Origin: Candidatus Omnitrophota bacterium
GTDB taxonomy: Bacteria > Omnitrophota > Gorgyraeia > Zapsychrales > Zapsychraceae
Direction of reading: 5' to 3'
DNA: 64,000 nucleotides
Assembly: GCA_018812705.1 (NCBI GenBank)
Contig: JAHJCZ010000097.1
Coordinates: 840-64,839, forward strand
The translations under genes were made by a program, and so were the position numbers. This document shows positions 9,318-18,471 of the stretch, piece after piece (the first letter of the stretch is position 1; every line of letters starts with the position of its first letter). The notes below the pieces were generated by a model. It had not been told where the DNA came from. It worked only from the letters and a program-made list of their open reading frames with translations, and ran no database searches.

Positions 9318-9395
9318 CGCGGGACTCTATTGCCGAACTTTTCGGCTCCTCTGCTTTTGACCACCGTGTCTCCGGTCTATCCCAAAAACAGAAGA
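9318..9395 (-). ncRNA. Putative c-di-GMP-I (GEMM)-like riboswitch in the pilin operon leader
   Basis: GGGATAG-ACCG-GAGA-CACGGT-GGTCAAAAGCAGAGGA-GCCGAA-AAG-TTCGGC-AATAGAGTCCC: closing GGGA/UCCC, hairpin with GAGA in the loop, CAAAAGC junction, second hairpin. Lies in the 5' UTR of pilin genes. Recognised by pattern, no covariance model run. Confidence 0.55.
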
Positions 9396-9503
9396 ATAAA
9401 ACACCTTAATGGTGTATTAACTCGAAACTATTCTGTCAAAAAACGTTACATTAATATTGGACATGAAAATAACACAAACGTCTTTCTATCCAATACTTAA
9501 AAA

Positions 9504-9533
9504 AGTATATCATAATAATAGCTTAAGTGTCAA
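9504..9533 (-). promoter_or_regulatory. Sigma70-type promoter of the pilin array
   Basis: TTGACA-N18-TATACT with extended TGn on the minus strand. Confidence 0.7.
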
Positions 9534-9655
9534 TAGAACCTGCTTTTATTTTTTAATTTTCAAAAAATGCAAAAAAACCCCTTTCACTATTAGTAAAGCA
9601 AAGCCAGCAAAGGCTTTGTGAAAATAGCTTTTTATTTGTTTTCCCGTCAAACATC

Positions 9656-11671
9656 CTAAGCTTTTATTTTTTGAGCACTTACAAAAAAACCCTTGCCCTC
9701 CTTTGTTACCAGATGCCTATCGTTTACTCTATTAATAGCAAATTCCAAAACCTCGAGAAAATTATACCGCTCGGGAATCATAATTGTCACAATTAATCGG
9801 TTGGGATGTTCCTGTACAAAGCCCTTTAATCCATAAAATATTGGCACCATAGTTTTTATGTCAACTGCTCCTTTTTGCTTAGGAAAATATTTATCTAAAC
9901 AATACTCATGAAGGGTTAGGATGTAGTCATCAAAAATATCTCCAAGATTCTCAAATCTTCTTTCTACAAAATCCCCAACATGGTCTTCGTGTTGGCTTTT
10001 AATAGGCTCTAGCTTGCTAATAGCATTGCTTGTTTCTTCCTTATTATAGCTCTGCTTAAATGCGCTTGGCCAACGATTTAAATAATTTGCAATAATAGTT
10101 TCAGCTTTTTCTGCAAACATATTAGTTAAAAGGGCTATTTGAGGCATCTTGTTCTTTTCTTTACCTAAAAACACCAATTTTAAAGACTTTTCCTCATTAA
10201 AATGCTTAGGAATGTTAAAAACATCATTCAAAAAGCTCGAAAATGGAACATTTTTTTCAGAATAGTACAAAATACTGTCTCTTTGGCTGTCATAATAGGA
10301 AAAATCGACAAAATCGACAAATTTTTGAATTAATTCCTTAAAAATTTCCTGATAAGGCCTAAAACCAACAATAAACGAGCGCTTAATTGAAGGAATAAGC
10401 GTAAATTCGGTAATTATGTCTTGATTTTCACTTAAAACTTCAATCTTTCGTATTTTTCTGCCAGGAATGTCAAAACAAGCAGCAACTAGCATTGAAAGAT
10501 CCTTTTTGTTAATGCCTTTTTCCCTTAAAACATCCATTACTAGGCACTCATTGTTGCTGATCAATGTTTTTGAAAGAATCGTCATTGCGCTACTTACAGA
10601 CGCAAACAATTCCTTTTGAACTAAATCTCTCCAAAGAGACCTCAGTTGAGCATCAAGTACAATGCTAGTAGAATCCTCAAAGATGACATTAAAAGCACAG
10701 ATTTTGCTTAAAGCCTGTTCCTTTTCATTAAGATATTCCAACTGCAGTTGATTGGAAAAGTCAATCTTCTGAGTCCACCCAAAAAGATTTTCTCTTCCTG
10801 GATACCCTTTAAAACCATTTAATCTCCATAAGGCGTCATTCTTTGAATTTTCAATAGTCTCAACCGATTGCATATTAAACGCTTTAAGGAATAGCAAACT
10901 TGAACAAATATTATTAAAATTCTCTAAACCCATTCCTTTTGAATTTTTTCCAAAAAGATCACCCAGAAGGTTTTCACCCGACATGTCGATCTGAGCAGCT
11001 TTTAAGAACACAACTCCCGCATTATCATACAAGTTACTATTTTTTCTTTCTTTCCCTTTATTTTCTCTCGCAATTTTTACATCATAAAGGAATTGTTCCT
11101 CGTCGAAGAATTTAGGACCAACAGGAACAACATATTCCTTCTGATATTGACTTGATAGAGCTGATTGCTCTTCTTTAATTGCTTTGTTTTCTTCTGCAAA
11201 TACTCTCTCTTCATTCTTCACTCTTTGTTCATCATAAAAGATCTTGCCCTTGCGTTTTCTTCTCTCGTGCTCCTGAAGATCAATAGAGAGCTTTTCAAGA
11301 GAAAAGACTGCCGCTTCTTTTTTTATCTCAAGGAGTTCATTAGGAACACCTTTTTTCTGTTCCTCGTTTTCTGCGGAAACCTTTTTATCAAAAGTAAAAC
11401 CAAGGCTTGAAATGCTATCTAACAATTGTTGTTTCTTTTCTGGCGGGATCTGAAATTTTTTAGAGGTTGCTTTTTTCTGGACTCTTCTTCCTACTGAACT
11501 GCTTAGCATAGTATTTTTCAAAACAGAATTCACCGAAGACTTTGATACCTTAATTTCAAATTTCTTGCTTGTCTGCTCTGATAATTGTCGACAGCTAATT
11601 AAGGGCTCTTCCTTCTTTTTGTTTATAATAAAATCAAACACTTCTTTTTTTAGCTTGTGTACTACTCCCAT
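9656..11671 (-). CDS. HTH + degenerate DDE-transposase-derived protein (probably domesticated regulator)
   Basis: N-terminal HTH (ISCRQLSEQTSKKFEIKVSKSSVNSVLK); IS4/ISNCY-like LLTN...AETIIANYLNRWP motif without the following catalytic Glu; transposase-like C-terminus (GFVQEHPNRLIVTI...AINRVND). Confidence 0.65.
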   Translation of the reverse strand: MGVVHKLKKEVFDFIINKKKEEPLISCRQLSEQTSKKFEIKVSKSSVNSVLKNTMLSSSVGRRVQKKATSKKFQIPPEKKQQLLDSISSLGFTFDKKVSAENEEQKKGVPNELLEIKKEAAVFSLEKLSIDLQEHERRKRKGKIFYDEQRVKNEERVFAEENKAIKEEQSALSSQYQKEYVVPVGPKFFDEEQFLYDVKIARENKGKERKNSNLYDNAGVVFLKAAQIDMSGENLLGDLFGKNSKGMGLENFNNICSSLLFLKAFNMQSVETIENSKNDALWRLNGFKGYPGRENLFGWTQKIDFSNQLQLEYLNEKEQALSKICAFNVIFEDSTSIVLDAQLRSLWRDLVQKELFASVSSAMTILSKTLISNNECLVMDVLREKGINKKDLSMLVAACFDIPGRKIRKIEVLSENQDIITEFTLIPSIKRSFIVGFRPYQEIFKELIQKFVDFVDFSYYDSQRDSILYYSEKNVPFSSFLNDVFNIPKHFNEEKSLKLVFLGKEKNKMPQIALLTNMFAEKAETIIANYLNRWPSAFKQSYNKEETSNAISKLEPIKSQHEDHVGDFVERRFENLGDIFDDYILTLHEYCLDKYFPKQKGAVDIKTMVPIFYGLKGFVQEHPNRLIVTIMIPERYNFLEVLEFAINRVNDRHLVTKEGKGFFVSAQKIKA

Positions 11672-11745
11672 AGAAACGACCTCTTAGAAGATTTTGTTAA
11701 CATGAAAATGTCCATTCTGAACTATAAGATATATTATTTTTCCAG

Positions 11746-11778
11746 ATTGGACATTGTTACATTTTTTAGTATAGCACA
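11746..11778 (-). promoter_or_regulatory. Extended -10 promoter (TGTGcTATACT) with adjacent operator-like boxes
   Basis: -10 at 11768-11773; ATTGGACAT (11746-11754) and GTTACATT (11756-11763) also occur at 9445-9464. Confidence 0.5.
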
Positions 11779-11824
11779 ATACTTAAATAAACAAGCTAAA
11801 ATATTAACTTTTTTTGGACATTGA

Positions 11825-12169
11825 TTAGCTTGAGATCTCTATCTGATCACCAATAGAAATCCCTGCGCTGAGGATAGCGCTAGAGGGAAGCTCTACAACA
11901 TAGCTTGATCTAAAATATATACGGCTAAGCTGAAAAGGCCGAATATCGCTGACTAAACCAACAACAACATTCTCTTTGCTGACAAAAACAACGTCAATAG
12001 CAAATTTCATAAAAAACATATGAATAGAATTACACCTTGTAATAACAAGAGCCTCTCCTTCTGAAAAAGATTCACGATTCAACAATCCAACCATTCTAGT
12101 TAAAAAACTATCTGCGACCTTGGCCTTATCGGCAATTATATTCTGTTTTGTTTTGTTAAGTATTTTCAA
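11825..12169 (-). CDS. DUF192 family protein
   Basis: ADSFLTRMVGLL...CNSIHMFFMKFAIDVVFV...VVELP motifs. Confidence 0.9.
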   Translation of the reverse strand: MKILNKTKQNIIADKAKVADSFLTRMVGLLNRESFSEGEALVITRCNSIHMFFMKFAIDVVFVSKENVVVGLVSDIRPFQLSRIYFRSSYVVELPSSAILSAGISIGDQIEISS

Positions 12170-12187
12170 TTATTGAAAGGATTATAG

Positions 12188-14484
12188 CTACTCTGCGGGT
12201 TTTGGTGGCAGAGCATTAGTTTTATCATTTTTCTCTGTAGCAGGCGCTTGATCTTTTATCGCCTCAGGAGCCAGTATCACAACCTCAGGAACTTCTATTT
12301 TCTCTTCAGGATTAACATAAATAGTCCGTTTATCAAAAATACTCTTTTCAATTTTTAACCCCCGAGTAACAAAATCATCGAAGCTTGTAGGGACATACCC
12401 TGTGGCTTCAAAATCTCCAATAACCCTGCCGTACGCATCGATCCCATTTGATTGTAAAGAAAAATATCTTTTAATATCAATTGGTGGTCTTCGTCCATTC
12501 CGCAAGTTTCAGAAATCTGTGTGACCTTTCGAGTTCCATCTGAAAAACGATTGATCTGAACGATAATATCAATCGCTGAGGCGATCATTTCATTAATAGC
12601 TCTAACAGGTAATTCAATACCACTTAAAAGAATCATAGAGTGCATACGAGTAACAACATCTCTTGTAGTATTTGCGTGCAATGTGGTCAAGGACCCGTCG
12701 TGCCCTGTATTCATAGCCTGAAGCATGTCCAAAACCTCAGGTCCGCGACACTCCCCGATAACTATGCGGTCAGGTCGCATTCTCAAACTATTAGTAAACA
12801 AATCCCTAATAGTAACTTCACCTTTTCCTTCAATATTTCTAGGTCGAGATTCCAGTCTACCACAATGGCTCTTTTTTAGCCTCAACTCAGCAGCATCCTC
12901 AATAGTGATAATCCTTTCATTATCAGGGATAAACTCGGAGACAACATTCAGTAATGTCGTTTTACCAGCACCTGTTCCTCCAGAAACAATAATATTCTTG
13001 CGGCCAATAACAGCACAATTTAAAAACAAAACCATCTCTTTTGTCACGCTGTGAAACTTGTTGAGCAAGTCATCCGTATTAAGTCTTTCAGCTCCAAACT
13101 TTCTGATAGTTATCATTGGCCCTCTCAACGAAAGTGGCGGAATAATAGCATTAATTCTTGATCCATCCGGCAAACGAGCGTCAACCATCGGAGTCGACTC
13201 ATCAATTCTTCTTCCTAAAGGAGCAATTATTCTGTCAATAATCGCCCTCATCTTGTCATCCGAAACAAAACTATAATCTGTAAGGACTAGTTTTCCCTTC
13301 TTCTCAACATATATCTCATCTCTACAATTTACCATAATATCAGTTATATCTTGATCCGCTAATAGGTCTTCTAATGGCCCTAAACCTAAGGCTTCATTAA
13401 CGATATCTCTAACCAATCGCACTCTCTCTTCGTGGGAAGATATCTTTCCGCCTGCTTCTTCCGTAAGAAGCGTCCCGACAACTCCTTCCGCCATTTTTTT
13501 AACTTTATGGATGGATTCCGGGTCACTTAAAGCCTCAAGAGAAATGCCTTCCTTGTTCAACCTGTCAACCAGCTTGAGATGAATTTTTCTCTTTAAAATG
13601 CTAATCTCATCTTCCTGAGAAGTATATGCTTTGCCTGAAGGAGCCGTACCCATTTGCTGAGCAATACCATATTTAGCCCAAAATGCTCCTGGACTAGGAA
13701 GATCTTCTTTGTTTCTTATCTTCTCAACATCCATTGCAGGGACAAAATTACTTTCTTTGCGGAAAGAATCTACTAGCTTAATAAAAGATTCTCCAACATG
13801 GCTCTTTGGATTATCAATAACACAAGGAATCCCCCTGTTAAGAGCAATGCCCACTGCCTTTCCATCGGATGGAACATGTCCAAAAATCTCACAAGTCAGA
13901 GCAGACTTAACTTCTTGCCAAGCAACACTTCCACGACTTTCAGACCTGTTCAAAAGCAGCTTGATCATTTTCATCGGAAACTGCAGGCTCTGCAGAACAT
14001 CCAAGCACCACTTTATTTGATAAACAGCCAAAATATCCGGCGTTGCCACTAATAAAATAAGGTTAGAATAGTCAAATACTGTAATAAGCGGTTCATGGAA
14101 AGCTTTCCCTGCATCAATAAGAATATAGTCATATACTTCAGATATTTTTCTAAGATAGGGTTTTATATTATCTGGCGTGATCAAACTGATTTGACGGGTA
14201 TTCTTAACTGCCGCCATAAAGTCCAATCCACAAGTATGTCGTGCAGAAAATCTTCTAATAACGGCATGATCTGTTACTGCGTCTATTTGCGAAAGAACGT
14301 CAACGATCGAGTTCTTTGGAGACAGGTTCATTGTTCGCGCCATATCCTGTCCTGCCTGAAAATCCATGTCGATCAAAAGCACTTTATATTTAGCAAGAGC
14401 CAGGGCTGTGGCCATATTAACAGCGACGAAAGTTTTGCCAACCCCACCTTTGTTACTAAAAATAGTTATTATTTTTGCACTCAT
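12188..14484 (-). CDS. cpaF: CpaE(TadZ)-CpaF(TadA) fusion pilus assembly ATPase, with a 1-nt frameshift at about 12443-12446
   Basis: N-terminal deviant Walker A (SNKGGVGKT, MinD/CpaE-like); C-terminal CpaF (GGTGAGKTT, LRMRPDRIVIGECRG, MNTGHDGSLTTLHAN). The conserved tail GIDAYGRVIGDFEATGYVP lies in the shifted frame (track ORF 12188-12505). Confidence 0.9.
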
Positions 14485-14540
14485 TTTTGCACCAGGGAAA
14501 CAACTTTTATCTTTTTACAAATTTTTAATAGGCGTGTCAA

Positions 14541-16193
14541 TTATTTCTTAAAGCTGTAAACAATTGGAACAGTAATATTCAATTCCTGAAGGTCTACATC
14601 TGAAGGAAACCCTGCGTACGGCGCAATTCTTTTGGCCGCTCTTAGGGCACTTTCATCCATAACCTCATGTCCTGATGATTCTTGAATTAAGGCATATGCA
14701 AGTGTTCCGTCTTTTAATATAAGCATATTCATCCTAACAGTTCCTTCCCATCCATATCTTTTTGCCTCTGGAGGGTAGAGAATTGTTTTGGAAATCTGCT
14801 TCTGAACATTTCTTACATACTCAGTCATGTTTTTTGGTATTCCCAAGTAATAAGGAACAGCCGCGGAAGACGAGACTTTTTGCTTATATATTGCAGTTGT
14901 CTTATATTCTTCAACCGTTTCCTCTTTTTCCTCTTCAGGATTGTTACGGTTTCTTTCTAATATAGTTGGCGTCATTGAGATAACTAGCTCTTTATCTGTA
15001 TCTGAAGGATTCGTTCCATGAGACCTGAAAAGCATCCCAATAATCGGTATTTGCCCCATAAAAGGAACTATTCTCGTGCTGGAACCTCTGTTCTCTTTAA
15101 TTAAACCAGCAAGAACCATCGTCTGCCTATCATTTAAAAGAACGTGAGTTGTTGTTGTTTCTGTAAAGAAAGATGTTTCGTTTCCTGTTCCAGAAGCGAC
15201 ATCACTGATCTCAACGTTTAACTCAATATCAATTTTATCTTTTATTACTTCCGGCGTTATCGTTAACCCAATACCATACTCTTTAAAAGAAACATTTTCT
15301 TGTGTTCCTTCTGCGGAGGAGGTTGTTGTCTTAATAGGAATTTCCCCACCAACTAAAAAACTCGCTTCTTCACCGCTCATAACGACTACTTTTGGTCTTG
15401 AAAGAACCCTTGCTTCCCCTTTTTCTAATAAAGCTTTAACAGTTGCAGTTAAAGCTGACGTTCTGCTAAAATCTCCAATCTTAAAAAAGTCACCTATTGA
15501 TCCGTCCATCGCAGGCATGTTTTCAGGATAGGTCAAAGATACGCCACTCGACCCAGAGGACCAATCTATACCTAAACTTTTTGTAAGCGTGGTATTTAAT
15601 TCTGTCATTTGCATGTCCACTTGAATAAGATCCTGAATTTCTTCCTTCCTTACAAGTTTCATAACAAGATCAGCATATCCATCCAATATTGAATCAAGCA
15701 TCTCTTCGTTTTTCTCTGAAACATCCCCAGTGACAAATATCTTACCTTCTCTTTTATTAGGCTCTAATTTTATTCCCTCAATTCTTGCCTTTTTTAAAAG
15801 TGTGTCGATCCTTTGAATAGCAGTATCAAGCATTCCCATGTCCGCAGCTTGAACATTAACGAAAACCATTCTTTTTCCTGCATCATCCCAAACAAAAAGT
15901 ATAGTTTGTCCAGGTTGTTTCGCAATAAGCAAAATCTCCTGGTCATCTGCTTCAACAATATCAGCAATATCTGGATTTGTAATAGAAAGCCTTGTCATGT
16001 TTGAGACCTTAGCTATAGTCAGTTCTCCGACAACCATATAAATCTCGTTTTCATTCACTGAATCAAGATTTTTATAAATGTCATCCAATGCATTAGCTTG
16101 TGCCAATGAAGATGCGAAAAGAATGACTACTGCCGTAACAATAGCTCCTTTCACTGCGAACTTTATTTTTTCAAAAATTCTTTTATTATCCAT
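14541..16193 (-). CDS. cpaC: CpaC/RcpA secretin fused to a TonB C-terminal domain
   Basis: Signal peptide, pilus-formation N domain (ITNPDIADI...PGQTILFVW), secretin core (SGEEASFLVGGEIPI, VPFMGQIPIIGMLFRS), then YPPEAKRYGWEGTV...SSGHEVMDESALRAAK TonB_C. Confidence 0.9.
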   Translation of the reverse strand: MDNKRIFEKIKFAVKGAIVTAVVILFASSLAQANALDDIYKNLDSVNENEIYMVVGELTIAKVSNMTRLSITNPDIADIVEADDQEILLIAKQPGQTILFVWDDAGKRMVFVNVQAADMGMLDTAIQRIDTLLKKARIEGIKLEPNKREGKIFVTGDVSEKNEEMLDSILDGYADLVMKLVRKEEIQDLIQVDMQMTELNTTLTKSLGIDWSSGSSGVSLTYPENMPAMDGSIGDFFKIGDFSRTSALTATVKALLEKGEARVLSRPKVVVMSGEEASFLVGGEIPIKTTTSSAEGTQENVSFKEYGIGLTITPEVIKDKIDIELNVEISDVASGTGNETSFFTETTTTHVLLNDRQTMVLAGLIKENRGSSTRIVPFMGQIPIIGMLFRSHGTNPSDTDKELVISMTPTILERNRNNPEEEKEETVEEYKTTAIYKQKVSSSAAVPYYLGIPKNMTEYVRNVQKQISKTILYPPEAKRYGWEGTVRMNMLILKDGTLAYALIQESSGHEVMDESALRAAKRIAPYAGFPSDVDLQELNITVPIVYSFKK

Positions 16194-16431
16194 GGTTAAT
16201 ATCTCTTACTTTCTTTAAAACAAGATTTCTTGTTTGGATTGATTTGTAATTAAAAACAATTAAGAACCTTGAATCAAAGACGATCGTCCCTTTGGCTCTA
16301 AGATGTCACATAAAACACAACATAGAAACAAATCTCAAACTATAATAGAAAAGAAACACCAGCAACAATCTGCAAAGTAACTCGCGAAAGAATCAAACAA
16401 AAAAGCACTCTACAGCATCAATACTAAACTT

Positions 16432-17277
16432 CTAAAAATTAGACTCTGCTCCTGATTTAAAAATCTGTATATAAGGACGAACTTCGTCTTCCTCTTCATC
16501 TGCTTCAAAGATATTCGCCTTCTTTTGCGGGACCATCAATTCTGTTCCTTGGTGATCCATAACATATTCAGCTAAAGTATCCCAAGATGCAATTTGAAGC
16601 AACTGCAATCCACCGTCTGTTGGTGGCCTTAAAGACAGTTGTAATTTTCCATTTGCCTGAGCAAATGCAATCAATCCAGACTCTTCCGGACTAATCGCAA
16701 CTGTTATGTTAAGGGACCTGGCCTTTTGCTGTGCTTCATATGCAGGAGCGCTTCCAAGAGGCTTAAAATTAGTTCCAACTGCCAGCACTTGAATATTCTG
16801 GAATAAAACGGTAGTCACATCTTTTAAAGCTTTTGAGTCTTCCGAGTCATCAGGTATCTTTATTTCACCAATAATATCAACAAAGTCGCCTGGATTAATA
16901 AGACCTCCAACCGCTGAAAGAGAATCAACTAAAATAGTAACTGCTCTTTTTCCAGGAGGTGTTCTTACTGAAAAAGAATCCATCTGAACAACTGGCTGCG
17001 CTTTTTCAGTGGTAGCTTGTGTTGCTGCTCCTGGCTTATATTGGCTTTGCTTTGTCTCCACCTTCTTGATTTCTTCACGCTGTCTTTTGATCTCGCTTCT
17101 TAAAACCTCTATTTCTTTAGCAAAACCAGCATTTTGTTTGCCATAATCTCTTGCCAAAGCTTTTGTTTGAGCCTTAATATTGTTTTGGACATATTGGCTA
17201 GTTAAAAACGCAGCAACCAAGCCAAGCCCTATCGCGATAAGAATAATGACAAACTGTTTTTTGTTTTCAATGTTCAT
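16432..17277 (-). CDS. cpaB: Flp pilus assembly protein CpaB/RcpC
   Basis: GGAGGG RBS before ATG 17277; TM, then PPGKRAVT...VGGLINPGDFVDII...QNIQVLAVG...LQLSLR RcpC motifs. Confidence 0.92.
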   Translation of the reverse strand: MNIENKKQFVIILIAIGLGLVAAFLTSQYVQNNIKAQTKALARDYGKQNAGFAKEIEVLRSEIKRQREEIKKVETKQSQYKPGAATQATTEKAQPVVQMDSFSVRTPPGKRAVTILVDSLSAVGGLINPGDFVDIIGEIKIPDDSEDSKALKDVTTVLFQNIQVLAVGTNFKPLGSAPAYEAQQKARSLNITVAISPEESGLIAFAQANGKLQLSLRPPTDGGLQLLQIASWDTLAEYVMDHQGTELMVPQKKANIFEADEEEDEVRPYIQIFKSGAESNF

Positions 17278-17390
17278 TGTACCCTCCGCACTGTTACCCA
17301 AAAACAATTTAAAAAACCACTCGCTCTTACAATACAAGAATTTTTATTTTTGGAAATAACAGAAGCTTGTTTTTCAATTGGCCAAAAAAT

Positions 17391-18326
17391 TTATTTTAAA
17401 AGATCGTAGTTAACCTCAACCTTGATCTCTTTCTGCAATGCTTCAAGTTTATCTAACAGCTTTTGTTGCTGCTTTAATAGAGTTTGATTCTGAATGATAT
17501 CATTCTTTATTTCTTCAAACTCCAGCTGCCTTCCTTCTCTTTTGTCTTCTAGTTTTACAATATAAAATTCTCCGGTTGGCGACTCAACAGCTTCACTTAT
17601 TTCTCCTTTTGCCATCTCCATAAGTACTGGGGCCATAGATTCAAAGGGAACCGAATCTATAAAACCAACATCACCTCCGTTTGGTGCAGTTTGACTAATT
17701 GAATTCTCTTTAGCCTTTGCTGCAAAATCTGCGCCATTTGCAAGCTCAGCAACTAATGCATCAGCCAAGGCTTTTTCTTTAACAACTATCTCTTTCACAT
17801 GAAACTGAGGTGGCTGGATCAACTGTTCTTTGTTCTCATTGTAGAAAGCTTGAGCCTCTTCGTCTGTGACTACAATTCCTTCTACCAATTTTTGCGCAGC
17901 TTCTCTAACTATAAGAGTTCTTCTGAATTCAGCAACAGCATCTTTAATATCTTTGCTGTTTGCGATACCTGCTTTTTCTGCATCAATAACCAAAAGCTGC
18001 TGGCGAACAAGTTCATCGATGACCATCTTTCTTGCTTCTAGACTTGCTACATCAAAATCTGGAACAACTTCTTTTAATGCTTTTACTCTTTCTTTAAACT
18101 CTTCTCTTGTGATGGTCCAATTACCAACTCTTGCGATCGTCTCAGGGGTCATTACCACCTGATCCGCTGCAGGTTTTGCAGCATCAACAACTGGCGCATC
18201 TGCAGATTTCTCCGAGTCACCTTTAAAATATTCTTTAATAGCTGAAATTTGTTCACACCCTAAAAAGAAAACAACACAAACAAGGCATATGGCAAGTAAA
18301 TTAAAACTTTTACGCATTTTTTCCAC
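17391..18326 (-). CDS. PpiC/PrsA-type peptidyl-prolyl isomerase lipoprotein
   Basis: Lipobox FLGC; SurA-like N domain; parvulin DFAAKAKENS..NGGDVGF. Confidence 0.88.
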   Translation of the reverse strand: MEKMRKSFNLLAICLVCVVFFLGCEQISAIKEYFKGDSEKSADAPVVDAAKPAADQVVMTPETIARVGNWTITREEFKERVKALKEVVPDFDVASLEARKMVIDELVRQQLLVIDAEKAGIANSKDIKDAVAEFRRTLIVREAAQKLVEGIVVTDEEAQAFYNENKEQLIQPPQFHVKEIVVKEKALADALVAELANGADFAAKAKENSISQTAPNGGDVGFIDSVPFESMAPVLMEMAKGEISEAVESPTGEFYIVKLEDKREGRQLEFEEIKNDIIQNQTLLKQQQKLLDKLEALQKEIKVEVNYDLLK

Positions 18327-18471
18327 GTGACAATCCCTCCCTTTAAATAATTATAAGACATTTTTAATAATATATTAACAGTATACATTTCCTAAAAACA
18401 AAACTCAAGGCAATTTCCCAAAATTTAACATTAAAATATAATTAAATTTCTTATAAAGAATGTGCCTGCTG

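Noticed and set aside
9656-11671. Active IS element
   Set aside because: No terminal inverted repeats or target duplication seen, catalytic Glu missing, and the gene is integrated in the locus orientation.
12188-12505. 105-aa ORF as an independent gene
   Set aside because: Its second part is the frameshifted C-terminus of CpaF.
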